NCBI GenBank assembly: GCA_023920165.1
Contig: CP089276.1
Coordinates: 3,596,001 to 3,660,000 of the forward strand
Reading direction: 5' to 3'
Source: Curvularia clavata
Lineage: Eukaryota
DNA: 64,000 nt
In this document: positions 1-12,125 of the stretch, one piece after another
Position numbering within the stretch: the first letter of the stretch is position 1
Layout: every line of letters begins with the position of its first letter
Position numbers and translations under genes: made by a program
The notes under the pieces: generated by a model
Databases searched by the model: none
Told to the model about the DNA's origin: nothing
Seen by the model: the letters and a program-made list of their open reading frames with translations, nothing else

Positions 1-540
1 CACAAGAGCAGAGATTCTGCATCAACGATAACTAGTGACACTACTGAAAGTGAGGGGCTGGCACGTGGCAAGGGTAGCTTCACCGTCCACGGCAAAAAAG
101 CATCTGTCATTCAGTTTGGTCCTGATTGGCAAAACATGACGGCAGAAGAGCGTCTCAAGACTAAGAAGCAGCTCCAGGAAGCCGCCGGGACGGCATCTGC
201 GGATGAGAAAGATGGCAGCATTGCTAGCAGTGGTGCAGGTGCACCTGTATGGTCTCCCGGAAGTGACAACAACGACCCCTTTGCCATCCGAAAACTATCA
301 GCGGACACGACAAGGCAGCGGCACGTATCATCTCAGACAATCACCCCCGCGAACTTTCGTGAATCGTTCAAGATCGAAGAGTCTGACTCGGATAGTGCCC
401 CATCGGACATGAGTGATATTGCTGAAGAGTCGACGCCGCATCAACGATCGCCCGACGACCAGCATGCCACCAAAGCCAAGAGCCCCATTGATGAGCACAT
501 CGAGCGGTCTACGCAGAGTCCTGTGACGACTGCAACTTAA
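1..540 (+). CDS. 3' end of a protein-coding gene (partial, Ser/Asp-rich C-terminus, function unknown)
   Basis: The frame of ORF 136..540 is open back to position 1 (HKSRDSASTITSDTTESEGLARGKGSFTVHGKKASVIQFGPDWQNM...) and ends at TAA 538-540. An AT-rich 3'UTR-like stretch follows. Confidence 0.7.
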   Translation, partial: HKSRDSASTITSDTTESEGLARGKGSFTVHGKKASVIQFGPDWQNMTAEERLKTKKQLQEAAGTASADEKDGSIASSGAGAPVWSPGSDNNDPFAIRKLSADTTRQRHVSSQTITPANFRESFKIEESDSDSAPSDMSDIAEESTPHQRSPDDQHATKAKSPIDEHIERSTQSPVTTAT

Positions 541-1798
541 TTCCAATTCGTTTATACCTTCTTGCATTCTTTTGGATTTCAAAAGTGGTTTTACAGCATG
601 CTAGCATTGCTACAGCGGGTTCCCGTTTCTCCTTTGTCAGCTTTATATACTTTTCCAAGGGCTTAGATGCACCTTCACATCCAGCATGGCGCACTTGGGC
701 ATCGGGCTGAAACGCAGCAGGGGGGGCGCGTTATATGCATAGACGGACACTTGGATGACGGCGTTCTCTTGAGCACAGGGCCCATTCACCGCAGACCGAG
801 GTAATGGGATTGTGCGCATGACTGATACCAGTGTGAATGATGTGGTGTATTGTTCAAGGTATTGTGTAGTGAAGAAGATTTGATCAGTCGTCTGCAATGC
901 ACGTGTGTAATAGATGCTTCGGGGTTCAGTTTAGTTGTGCGTATCAAGACCAACGGCGGTAGGGATACACTGGTGTACTTTAGAACAACCGCGCATTATC
1001 TCTCATTTCCACACTTGTGCCTGGCCGCCCACTCTCCGCGCCACATCTCCTACATCCAAGCCACCGCCCGCCTTGCCACGAGATCAAAATCATACATGCG
1101 ATGCTCCTTCCCGCCAAACCTCACACGCCAATCTTACAAGCTATCCCGTATGTGGCCTTGTAGCATTGAAGCACTACAGCCGTCTACCCGAGTCCCTTCC
1201 CCCTTCTCCTCTTAAACACCAGGCGGCCAAGGCATACAAGTTTCGCATGCAACAAAGTCCCTTGCCTGTTTCCGGAGGCATCGAACAAGGCACAATACCC
1301 TTATTGGTGCGGAAACCGAACCTGTTCGGCGACAGGGTATACAATGGGGTGCTTGGCGAGGTGGTGGTAGGATAAGCGAACCACTGGGGTGGAGTCCAAC
1401 CGTTGGTCTCAAACCCGGAGTGTCGCGGCACTTCAAACGTCAGATGGGGATTGTGTCAACGAGCTCACGATGATACAGGGACAGGAGTTTTTGCGTGCCT
1501 TGTTATCCGTTTTTTCTCGCGCGCTTAAGGCATTAGCATGACTTTGCTAAGGTGTTGGTTGTTTGTATATAAGAATGGCGATTAAGCATGTCCGCTGATC
1601 TTTTGCTTGCTTCAGTGTTTTGATATAATCACTGTTTCTATCTATCCATCTCTCTCTCTCTTCGTTTTTCAGTCGTTACTACCCCTCCGGCTAGGGCTTA
1701 AGCTTCCATTCTTTACATCTTTGTTATTTTCGGTATAACCAAGACATTTTATTCTTTACATCCTTTAAACGACTACTTTATTTTCTAAAGAAAAGAAA

Positions 1799-2386
1799 AT
1801 GCACGCCAACGTCCTCACCACTCTCGCGCTCTTCGGCAGCCTCGCCAGCGCCCTGCCGGCAACCGACCTGGTCGCCCGTCAAGCCAAACCGTGCTTCATC
1901 GTCGGCAACCAGCAGCTTCCCGCCGAAACCAGCACCGTGGTGAACCAAATCCAAGGCGGCATCACCTGCAACGCCAACGCCAAAACCATCGACAACGTCC
2001 CAGACGTCACTTTTGGCGGACAAACCTTTTCTCAAATCAACTTTGCCACTTCTGGCAAATCCCCTATGGCCTTTGCCCTCGAGACCTTCACAACCGCAGA
2101 GCCCCTTGCAGAGTCCAACCTCGACGCCTTCAAGGACGCGCTCAACGTCTATCTCGCTACTGAAGCCGCGCTGCGCAGTACCGGAAGTGCCCAGGTTGCG
2201 TTCATCAAGGCGCCCAAGTTTTTCCTCGAGATGCAGGTTTCGAGGATTGAGACGGCCAGGGGACAGCCCCCGACCGACCCGGGTCTGCAGGTCGACCATT
2301 TGAGGGGCAAGGTTGCGGATAATTCTGGAAGCGCGGATAAGGCGCTTTTGGGACAGGTGGATGCGTTGGCCAAGCAGCTGCAGTAG
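1799..2386 (+). CDS. Secreted protein of unknown function (195 aa, intronless)
   Basis: Signal peptide MHANVLTTLALFGSLASALP followed by a propeptide ending in AR. It has two Cys, strong C-ending codon bias, an AAAATG start context and a TATATAA upstream near 1566. Confidence 0.85.
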   Translation: MHANVLTTLALFGSLASALPATDLVARQAKPCFIVGNQQLPAETSTVVNQIQGGITCNANAKTIDNVPDVTFGGQTFSQINFATSGKSPMAFALETFTTAEPLAESNLDAFKDALNVYLATEAALRSTGSAQVAFIKAPKFFLEMQVSRIETARGQPPTDPGLQVDHLRGKVADNSGSADKALLGQVDALAKQLQ

Positions 2387-4091
2387 TAGTTGTAGTGCTG
2401 TGGTAGGAGTGGGTGCGAGTGAGAGAGGTGGATGGATCGATGAGATATACAGATACCCCCCCGGATATGTAAAGGGCAAATAGTTAATTCATGTGTTCTG
2501 TGTAAGGAAATGTTGTTTTACTCTCCTTTCGTGATAGGCAGTGATCAACGTGGACCCATGGGTTTGGGCTTTGTCCGGACCGATTCTTGCTTGTTTTGTG
2601 GTAATGTGCAAAGGGTCCTTGTTTCTGGGGGTTGGGATACGATTGGTGGGTGAGGAACAAGGGGTTTGTGGGGGCTTTCGTCACTGCTGTCACATCTGAC
2701 TGGGACATGGTAGGGCAAGTAAAAAGTCAAGTATTTGGTCCAATCATGTGGATTGGGTTCTCCATGGATGAAAGCTAGGATCAAGCCCTTGGCGCTTTTC
2801 GTTGACGATCGAACAGAGGAACTTGAACTGAGCATCAAAATCTTCAGTTCGGGTGTGTATCCCTTCAACATCACTCTGACTACAGACATCTTGGAGAAGG
2901 ACGCCGTGTTGACTAAGCTCTCTATTGTGGGATTCCTCATGGCATGTCCTGCTGACTTGCAAAGATCTAATAAGACCCCATTATGGATCAACTTCCTGTC
3001 CACGAGGGCGAGCTAGGCTGTTACTGTAAACATTAATCATTGGCGAGACAATATCGATACTTGGCAGGTTGGTATATATTACCTTTTGCTAGTTTGTGTA
3101 TGTTTGGCTTACTTGACTGGTTCATCAACGCACTCAGCATACTCGTGTCATTTTTTGCCCTGTGTTGTAAGCCTTTCCGTCTGGCCAGATTTGCATTCTA
3201 CATTCTTGATCATGCTCATTGTATTTTTGAATTCAGAGAAAGCCAGAATCTTAACAACTGAATCTACAGAATGCCCGTAGTCGTCCATTTTTTTTACTGT
3301 CAAGGAGAGGAACACTGCGACGGGACGGTCAAAATCAACAAATCCAGTGAACACTGCCAATTGCCCGAAAAAATGATTTTTGATATTGTCAGATGTCACA
3401 AATTAGTAGACAATTAGCCCCAAGGATGGTGCCTACAGGACAGGAGTGAAATAGGTAATACGCAGTAGGGTAGTGCTTACTCTATAGACAATCTGGTCCA
3501 AATAGGGCATCTCTCGCGCACACCAATTTTTCGAGTATGATACCTCGATTTAGATATCATATATTGGTGTCCTTGGCTGCAGTCACCTTTTGGGATTGCA
3601 TGGACTGCCAAAATGATTTTACACGCCAAGATGCCGCGACCCATGCGAATGGCTCACCATACATGGCTCACCATACCTACATAGCGCTTACATCCCCAAT
3701 AACAGCTGAATGACACGCCTTTAGTAATCGCCAAGTAGTATCGATACTTACCAGCACTTTATATTCGGTATGTTACACGGGCGCGAACGTCGATACCTAA
3801 CCAGTAAAGGAATATGGATGATCGAAACAAAGCCTTCTGTAAAGGGATGCCAAGTAAGACATACCAGAAGCTCAGCTGAGGACCAGGCAAACAAACAGCA
3901 GGCAATATGAGAACGTCGGAAGAATACAGCCATGGCAATGAGGTATATGCGGGCAAAGCGGTATCTAACAACCAAATCAAACACCTACAGCGTATAAAGC
4001 TGCTGCCAGAGACCCATCTGTTTCGACATTCTCACCACAATCTCCGCAGCATACAAAGCCTCAACTTTCTCACACTTCTTCTACGTTGAAA

Positions 4092-4810
4092 ATGCATTTC
4101 TCCACCATCACCACAGTTCTCGCTGTAGTTCTCGGTGCCTCCGCATCCCCTACGAAGAACATTGAGCTACAGACTACAAAGAATGTCGAGCGTCAGATAA
4201 CCACTGGTGTCCTCCGTACGTATTGCTCAAGCACCACTGTGACGATTCGTCGATGGATTACAGTCATCACGGTTTCGGTTACATAGATCTCACATAGAAC
4301 ACAAGAAGTGATTGGGGATTTCTTTCTCTTTTTATCATCCTCGAAGCATGCTAATAAAGCACTCATCTTTAGTCTGCACCGATAAAGACAAGCGTGGATT
4401 TTGCCTGGAATCGCATATCCCGGCAGATAACACCTGCTGTAAGTATCTACATAGCTCCTAGCAAGAACAGGCCGAGAAAACGCTGGTTGTTCCACACTCC
4501 AGAGGGCTTGATAAAATCATTTTTCTTCCGTGTCGAATGTACTAACCACTTCATAGTTGCATTGACACCTGAGATTGCAGGAAAAATAAGTTCAATCTAT
4601 CCATTGTTTGGGTCATCAATCATTACCATCTTCTCGTATGTCCAAGTAGCCTGCGCACGGCTGGTAGGGCTCTATATGCTGATACTACTCAGAAATGCCA
4701 ATTGTCAAGGCGGATGGCAACTTGATGTTGTTGCACCTGGAATCAACAACCTGGAAGACTTTGGGTTCAATGACATGGCGAGGGGTATCAAGGCCAACTT
4801 CCGTCGCTAG
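4092..4810 (+). CDS. Small secreted cysteine-containing protein, beta/gamma-crystallin-like (about 128 aa, 4 exons)
   Basis: Exons 4092-4215, 4373-4438, 4557-4635 and 4693-4810 are joined by GT..AG introns with branch sites (GCTAAT, ACTAAC, GCTGAT). They give one open frame: signal peptide, then ...GVLLCTDKDKRGFC...NTCFALTPEIAGKISSIYP...NANCQGG...PGINNLEDFGFNDMARGIK. Confidence 0.75.
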
Positions 4811-5695
4811 TGAGATATTGAGCTGTAGGAAAGGGGATGTAGCATGAGTCAAGGAGTCCAGGGGTTGAACGTTGTTGTGGCGCTGAGGGTTTTTCTCTTT
4901 ATGCGACATTCGCTAGTCTGGTCGGGATGAGATGATACCAACTATGTACGCTCGCTAGGTGTCGTTGATCAATCAAGAAAGGTATGATTGCTTCTGACGT
5001 GTGTATACTCCAGATGAAATGATAATTGGCGTTGTCATTGATTCGAGACATTGAGGTGCGTGAGCGAATAGTAAGGGCATGTGAATGAATGTGACCATCA
5101 CGGTCTAAAGATGACACAAGATTCTCGGGTTTATACTTAGTATCGGCCCAAGGAAGTCTACTAGAGCCTGCAGCGTCTGCATGTATTCGCTGCGTAGGTG
5201 CTTTTCGTCACGTGCCGGATGTGTGTCTATCTGCGGGTCCTAGCCTCCTCACTGATCCGTATATATGCGTTACAGTGACTTCGTGTCAGAACATAAAAAA
5301 TCCGATTTGGCCAATGCAATGTTGACTACGTCTGATATGGGTCGCAGTTACATTGCACAAAGAGAAAACTCAGAGCAGCAAGGAGTATTAGCTTCCCCGT
5401 CTAAGACTATCAACAACAGCCTTTACATGCGAATCCAAAGGGGCAACTATATGGCCACTTGTATCCTCACGTGTAAATGGCGTGTCAGCAAGTTCCTGTT
5501 CCCACAAGGCGAAGCCTGAAGCGGGGCAATGGGTACGTGCACGCAACGGGTATACGTCATCTTCTACCGCGCCTCACTTACTCGTCAACAACCCCACAGC
5601 CGCAGAGAACCCTGTCCTTATAGCCACTTCACAGAAACAGATTTCTAGCGTCTCAGTCCCTCAAGCAACCTTTGAGTTACACAAACATCGCAAAG

Positions 5696-6256
5696 ATGGC
5701 CTCGAATAACACCGACAACCCATGGCAAGACCAGCCCAGTCAGCAAGGCTTCCAGAGCCATAACCCATATCAAGCCCACCAACCGCAGTCTCAGCATCCA
5801 TATGGCCAACAGCCGCCACCGAATCCGCTAGGCCAACATCCTCCTCAGCCACAGGATACATCTCCATGGGGTCAAGACACGAGTCAAACCCCATTCTACA
5901 ACTCTCACACTCCGGCTCAGCCTCAAGACACTTCTCAGCAATCGTACTATCAACAGGACACATCACAACAGCCTTACCAAGGCCAATCATCCCATCCCGG
6001 CCAAGCGGAGGTTCCGCCTGGCCTGCCGCCTCGCCGAACAGCTACAGAAATGGCGCTTCCTACTGGACAAGAACGCTCTCATCAAATCGAGGTCATGCAA
6101 AGTTACGAAGCAGCGGGAAGAAAGGATGACGACGACGATAACGTTGAGATCCTCCAGCGCGAGTTTCCAAAGATTGACGGAAGCCTTATTGCCGCCATTT
6201 ACGGCGATAGCAAGAGTCTAAGCGCGACCAGGGAGATGTTACATGCGTTGGAGTAG
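5696..6256 (+). CDS. Gln/Pro-rich protein with C-terminal CUE-like ubiquitin-binding domain
   Basis: Low-complexity Q/P N-terminus. The C-terminal LQREFPKIDGSLIAAIYGDSKSLSATREMLHAL fits the CUE pattern (FP motif, then helices). Confidence 0.7.
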   Translation: MASNNTDNPWQDQPSQQGFQSHNPYQAHQPQSQHPYGQQPPPNPLGQHPPQPQDTSPWGQDTSQTPFYNSHTPAQPQDTSQQSYYQQDTSQQPYQGQSSHPGQAEVPPGLPPRRTATEMALPTGQERSHQIEVMQSYEAAGRKDDDDDNVEILQREFPKIDGSLIAAIYGDSKSLSATREMLHALE

Positions 6257-6778
6257 CCAAAATTTGGAGCGGATCTGCGTTGGAGTAGGAGAGAGGGGAG
6301 CTTAGTGGACGATATGAACAAGAGGCTCGTGCGTGCATACATATGTATGTACATCACTGTGTTACCTTACTGCTGGTATACAGTTTACCATGTAGATTGT
6401 CTAAATCATCGGAACCCTTTGAGGTTTCTCTTCCAGTGGAAATTTGTGAGGATTAATCAAGGGAAGGCGTCCTGTAACATAACAGCCCAAGCGCATGTGA
6501 AGGCCCGCAAAAATCACCGGTTGAGCTGAGCTTAGCCTTGATAGCTTGTTCTCGTCCCGTCTGTGTAAACTTTACTGCGCTCTGCTCAACATGTTTGGTC
6601 TAATACTGCCTTCCCTTCCCACAGCTGGTTTTCGTCCTCTCTAAAAAGGATTACTGTACAATTCAGTACTGCGAATCGCATGCAAAACAAAGTCGAGACA
6701 AAGGTAAAGACTCTCCAGTCTATGAATAACGACCAATGCAACTACTGTTGGTGCTGCATTACTTGGGAAACTTGCTTG

Positions 6779-6952
6779 CCCCGAGTACGGCATTCCCGAT
6801 CTGGCAACCCCGCACCACGCCCAGTCTGCTAATGCATCATGATTGGGGTCTTTAGCTGGGCACCCATGCACCCGTAGAATCTCCTCTCCACAAGATCTTT
6901 GTTCTACCGCACCTTCTCCGCAATCCCCACATTTTCCCCGGACCTTCTCCGT
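6779..6952. promoter_or_regulatory. Cluster of CreA/Cre1-type carbon catabolite repression sites upstream of the sugar transporter
   Basis: Several CYCCRS matches (reverse complement of SYGGRG: CCCCGC, CTCCAC, CTCCGC, CCCCAC, CCCCGG) lie within about 170 bp. A TATAAA box is at about 7034. Confidence 0.4.
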
Positions 6953-7131
6953 GTTGCTATCACGTTAGCCTACGATGATAGTGCCTTAAGCTTCTATAGG
7001 AAGTACCGGTGCACATCAGTATGGGGTCCCGAATATAAAGAGGTGGTTTTATCCACATTTTCCAGTATCTCTCTGTACTATTCTGTAGATCGTGTTTGTT
7101 TTCTACGGAAGGGACTCACAGGTATTTCGTC

Positions 7132-8898
7132 ATGGGTTTCACAGAATTGAGGGGCAAAAGCCTCATCGCCATCATCCTCCTGACGTCTGGTCTGGACTTT
7201 CTCCTCTTCGGGTGTAAGTTTCTATCCTTTCACTCGTTTTGTGGGCCCATAAGTTCGAAATCTGACGTTCTATCCAGATGATCAAGGACTCTTCGGTGGA
7301 GTGCTCGGAGGGCAGCGTTTCAAGGACGTACTTGGTAACCCTAACCCTACCATGACTGGGCTTGTAACAGCGATCTACGATATTGGATGCGCGCTTGGCG
7401 CCATTGTCGCCTTCGTCTATGGCGAGAAGATTGGACGCAAGCGCTCAATCATGCTCGCCAATCTTATTGTTGTGATCGGAGCCGCTATTCAAACAGCTAG
7501 CTTTGAGTATTGGTTCGTATCTCTGCCTAGAAGCATACAAGCGACTTATACTGACGCTTCATCCATCTCAAAAGGCAAATGTTTGTCGCTCGCATTATAG
7601 GTGGCATCGGTGTTGGGCTCTCAACCGTCGCAGTGCCAATTCTCCAGTCCGAGACACTACCTGCGCGCAACCGTGGCGCACTGCTAGTTGTGCAGTCTGC
7701 TCTCATTATCATTGGTGTTGCAATCGCTTCTTGGCTATGTTTTGCGACGCTGTATGCCAACAGCTCCCTGCAATGGCGTTTTCCTGTCGCTTGCCAGATT
7801 CTCTTCTCGCTCATGGTTCTGGCACTTTGCCCGTTCCTATGCGAGACACCGCGATGGCTGGCATCCCGTGGACAGATTGACGAGGTATTTCCAGTCAATT
7901 TACGCAAGCAAAAACTGTTGCTAATAGTAACACAGGCCAAATACACCATCAGCCGATTACTGGACAAGCCACTTGATGACGAGGAAGTACAGGGCCAGCT
8001 GCAAGAGATTCTTGACGCAATTGAAGCCGAGAGTAGCGAAGAGGAGCCAACATGGTCAGAAGTTTTCAGCAATGCCACCAAGACTCGGAACTTGCATCGC
8101 GTTATTCTTGGAATGGGTCCATACATGATGAACCAGTGGTCCGGTATCAACGTACGTATTTGCAAAACATGACTCTAGTTCTTGAGATTGACTTCTTTAT
8201 AGGCTCTCTGTTACTACCTCGCCTATATCTTGCAAGAGTACCTCGACTACACTCCCAGCATGTCGCTTATCCTAGCCTCCGTCGCATTCACACAATACGC
8301 TGTCTTCTCTTGGCCACCATACTTTTATATTGATAAGATTGGACGAAGATGGTCAGTGATTGGGTCATCTGCTGGTTGCGCAGTTTGCATGGCCATCATC
8401 GCCGGATGTCTCGCCAAAAACAGCTACTCAAGTGCTGCAGCTGCAGTTGCATTTATCTTCCTATACTTGGATTGTTTTACACTCGGCATTTTGCCTGTTT
8501 CGTGGTCCTACTCTGCCGAGATCCAGCCTCTTCGCGTTCGCAACAAAGCCACTGCCGTCGGTGTCTTTTCACACTGGCTGTCCAACTTTGTTGTCGTAAT
8601 GGTCACTCCAATAGGCCTGGATAACATAAAAGGACATTATTTCTGGATCTGGGCTGTTGTTTGTGCGTCCTTCGTTCCGTTGACCTATATCTTTGGTGTA
8701 GAAACAAGTGGAAGAACGCTGGAGCAGATCGACACCATGTTCTATGAGAAGCCAAGACTTTGCATGGGTTTGAACAAGGAGAACAGGCAAGTGATCAGAA
8801 GCAGCAAGTCGGACGAAGAGCAGCGTTACAGGGATTTCGCGCACATGAACGAAAAGAAAGGGGCAGTCATGGCGGAAAGACTGAGCCAGAGTGAGTAA
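7132..8898 (+). CDS. MFS sugar porter family transporter (STL1-like sugar/polyol:H+ symporter), 5 exons
   Basis: Spliced product has LLFGYDQG, GEKIGRKR, RIIGGIG, PILQSET, WRFP, ETPRWL, NQWSGIN, IDKIGRR, SAEIQPLRVR and ETSGRTLEQID. Introns are near 7213-7278, 7514-7574, 7885-7935 and 8152-8202. Confidence 0.92.
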
Positions 8899-9129
8899 AG
8901 GAAGGAGCTGTTCACATGCAAAATCAATATGCATGAGGTGATGGCGTGATGATCAGGAGTTACACAAGTACGAATGTACATAGACGAATACTGCATTCAT
9001 ATTCTCGTTATATGCGGATTACGGCACACTCAATAGCAATCCCTGAACAAAAGCCCCACCTTGTGATAGTTTCCCTGTACACAAAGACGAAAACAAGGCT
9101 CAAACATCCGTTCAAACATCCGAAGCGTA

Positions 9130-10742
9130 CTAGGGTTCGCCATGAACCCTGTATTGATGTTCGAGCGCCTTGATAGCCCACGCCGTAGGCACACCCCTAT
9201 TCCCAATCCTCTTGTGACTCCTATTGTAATGGCACAGCCACCCAATCTCCCAGCCGCCATCGCATTCCTGCATCTCTTTTAGGTATTCGATATCTGACTG
9301 GGCCCACACACCTAGTTTTTGACAAGACAGCACACGTGCGGCGACGGCGAAAGAATCGTCCTGGCGCCCAACCCGCTCGCGTAGAGCGGCTGCCACTGGC
9401 TCACGCAGGCATTGAATCTCAGGCTGATCCGGGTTTGCATGGATGAGACACGCCATGAAGTAGAGGAAGGGCTCGGCTGAGTTGTACACACATGTTCCAT
9501 AGATGTAGCCGCGGTTGAGAAGTACGTCGCGGACGTGATCAAGTTCGCCCTTGACTTCTGCGCCGCGGCCGTAGTGGTAGAAGACGCGGAGGACGTTGAC
9601 GGTGACGAATGGACACAGGCGCTGCCTCTCTTCGCAAAAATAGATCATGATGAGGTTGTCTTTGTCGTGACGATTCGCGATCATTCGATCTAGGATTGCA
9701 TTGGAAGAGGCGGCTGGGGGTGAGAACGCGAGCAGAGCTAATGCTGTGTCGTCAACATCGTCGGGGACTATTCGTTGGTTGTTAATATGGTTGACTTGGA
9801 TGAATTACGACGACGGGGTTGCTCACAATGCTTTGTTGTGCCAACAGCAGTGCCATTGAAGTAGTTCCACGTTTTGGCATCAGTTGTTGCCGAGCGGATA
9901 TCAGCTTTAATTTGAGCCTCGGAGGCGTCAGGGGAAGATAAGTTGAGTAGCGAAGGATCCTTGAGCTCGTAATGAATGAGAACCTGAGAGAAGACGTCGG
10001 AGAACTCTGGGCCGCCTTCTATTTGTGAAGTGTGTTTACGAGCATTCGCAGACATATATCTTCGCCCTCGAACAACTGGATCGAAGAGCAGGTTTCGCAA
10101 TTGGCGAAACATGGTCTTGGATGACTTGAATATGATGCCTTGAATTCCAAGAGAGCGTGCCGAAGTGACGTTGATGATCTTGTCGTCGATGAAGATGACT
10201 GACGATGGGTTACTTACGCCGATCTTTTCGAGGACGTGTTTGAAGAAGTTCAGTTCGGGCTTAGCCATGCCCGCTTCGCAGGATATGAATTCTCCATCGA
10301 ATAGACTCCAGTCGGACAAGATGCTTTTAAGGTGGACAAAATCGTGTTTGGAGATGTTACTCATGGCGTAGACTTTGAGCTTCCCATTCAGCTCTTTTTT
10401 GAGTTTTGAAATCCCATCGATGATGTCTTGGTCTACGCGTAGCGTCTTGCGGCATTGCGACAATCCCTCCTTGATTGCCTTTGGGTCCAAGGAAAGGACC
10501 TTCCCTATCCTTGCGAGAGCTTCATCTTCACCAATATGGCCGCGGTCTAATTCAGTCCATGTATTAGAGAGAAGAACCGCTTGGAGCTCTTGGCGTGAAA
10601 GAGCAGTTAGGTTGCTCGCAGAGTCGTAATGAAAGAGCACATCACCGAGATCGAGCACAAGTATGCGTTGTTGTGACTGGTTGGTTCCATTGGTATTAGC
10701 CCACCCATTTGGCAGCTGGAAGGTGTTGAGATCTATGGCCAT
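9130..10742 (-). CDS. HAD-like hydrolase fused to a class II terpene cyclase domain (AstC / drimenol synthase-like)
   Basis: N-terminal HAD domain: DLGDV motif I, MSN motif II, KP motif III, FIDD motif IV. A 59-nt intron (9768-9826, GTGAGC..TAG) joins it to a domain with FPDDVDDT and the QW-type motif QECDGGW. Confidence 0.8.
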
Positions 10743-12125
10743 CCTTTCGAAGGAAGTCGAACACTTAGTATATAAGTTATGAGGAAGACGAAAGGGTTGG
10801 AAAAAAGTTCCTAGCAACACGTAGGAGGACAGCCATTTTAATACTTTTTATGAGATGTGCCTATTGTTTTTGACCACTCCTTTGGGGCTGCTCGTGATGC
10901 AGCGATTATGGTGCTGGGTTCCCCTCAAGCTCGCACATGTCGGGGGCCTGGAAGGATCAGCGGTAGGTTTCAGAGGAACTAGTGATTTTTGTATATCAAA
11001 ATCGGCGATATATCACAGTACTAATGAATGCTGTTGCTACTATCTAGTCACGCAATGTTACCGCAGAGCTCTAGTGTTTTCTGTCGCGAAGTTAGCCTGC
11101 CTTGAAGTTTATTTTCGATGTTTTGCTTCGGAGTCCGTTCTGTAGGATTACAACATTTAGGCCCCGGCCCTGCAACACCAAACACCAGAATACCGGTTTT
11201 GGCAATCAAGACCCCATATTGGTTTCTGGCACATTGATTAATTGGCCCCCTCAACTAGTGCAATAAGCATACAGGGATATGCCAGCATGGCATGTGAACG
11301 GCTGTTCAGAGCTATAGTTAGTAGAGTCCAACAACGCTGACTTTATTAGCGTGTACATTACTATGTAGAAATGCTTGATCATGGAGTGGATTACTGAACA
11401 GACCGAGGAAAAGTCAGTGTCTGTTTGCTGCTTTTCATCAAGAGAACGGATAGGGCTTGAGCGCCTGGCCTTCGAGTATCAGATTATTTGATGAGTGTTT
11501 CCCGTGTTCTCGAGAGTTTCTCGTTGTTTTCTTCTCGACCAAATCGCATCAGATATGCAGGGAGGAGGCACAGCGTTAGGTGTTCTAAATGATTTCTCAC
11601 TTCAACCTTATGGCGATCCTATGTCTAATGCATCGAACCAGTTAATCATAACCGATTGAAAGGTCTGCTTGCTAGGGAATTTAAAGGAGTAACAGATATC
11701 TGCTGCGATTCCAACGCTGAATTCGCCTGGCTCGCTAGACAACAGTACACGTCACAAAATGGCGATCAAGACTAGTGTATCTGGACTTCTGGCATGTCCC
11801 GTAGTCAATAGTGCAGTCCCTCTCAACCCCGGAGCTTGATGCTGACAATCCTGATCTATGAAGAGGTTTCGTGTCAGCGAAGTCAGTTCTGCATCCTGGA
11901 TAAGCTATCGGCAGTTGAATAGAGTGACGTGCAGCGTTACTAGCTTAAGCCACACTTCGACCCCACCAAGATGTCCCTGGCTGCCTGGTCCTGGTCTGGT
12001 CGCGTCCCGCTTCCCGCTTCCAGCCCGTGTAGCTACATCCAACCTACACCAAGAGCAACTCCACGCATCACGCACGCCACATCACAAAGAAGACGGTATC
12101 GCTGCCTTGAATTCGAACAAGAAAC

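Noticed and set aside
1778..2479. 233-aa antisense ORF, and similar antisense ORFs over MSH2, GH43, the FucP transporter and the 831-aa gene
   Set aside because: These are shadows of codon-biased genes on the opposite strand and have no protein motifs.
2545..3399. Several 70-150 aa ORFs that might be a decayed gene
   Set aside because: No consistent frame, splice pattern or recognisable motif.
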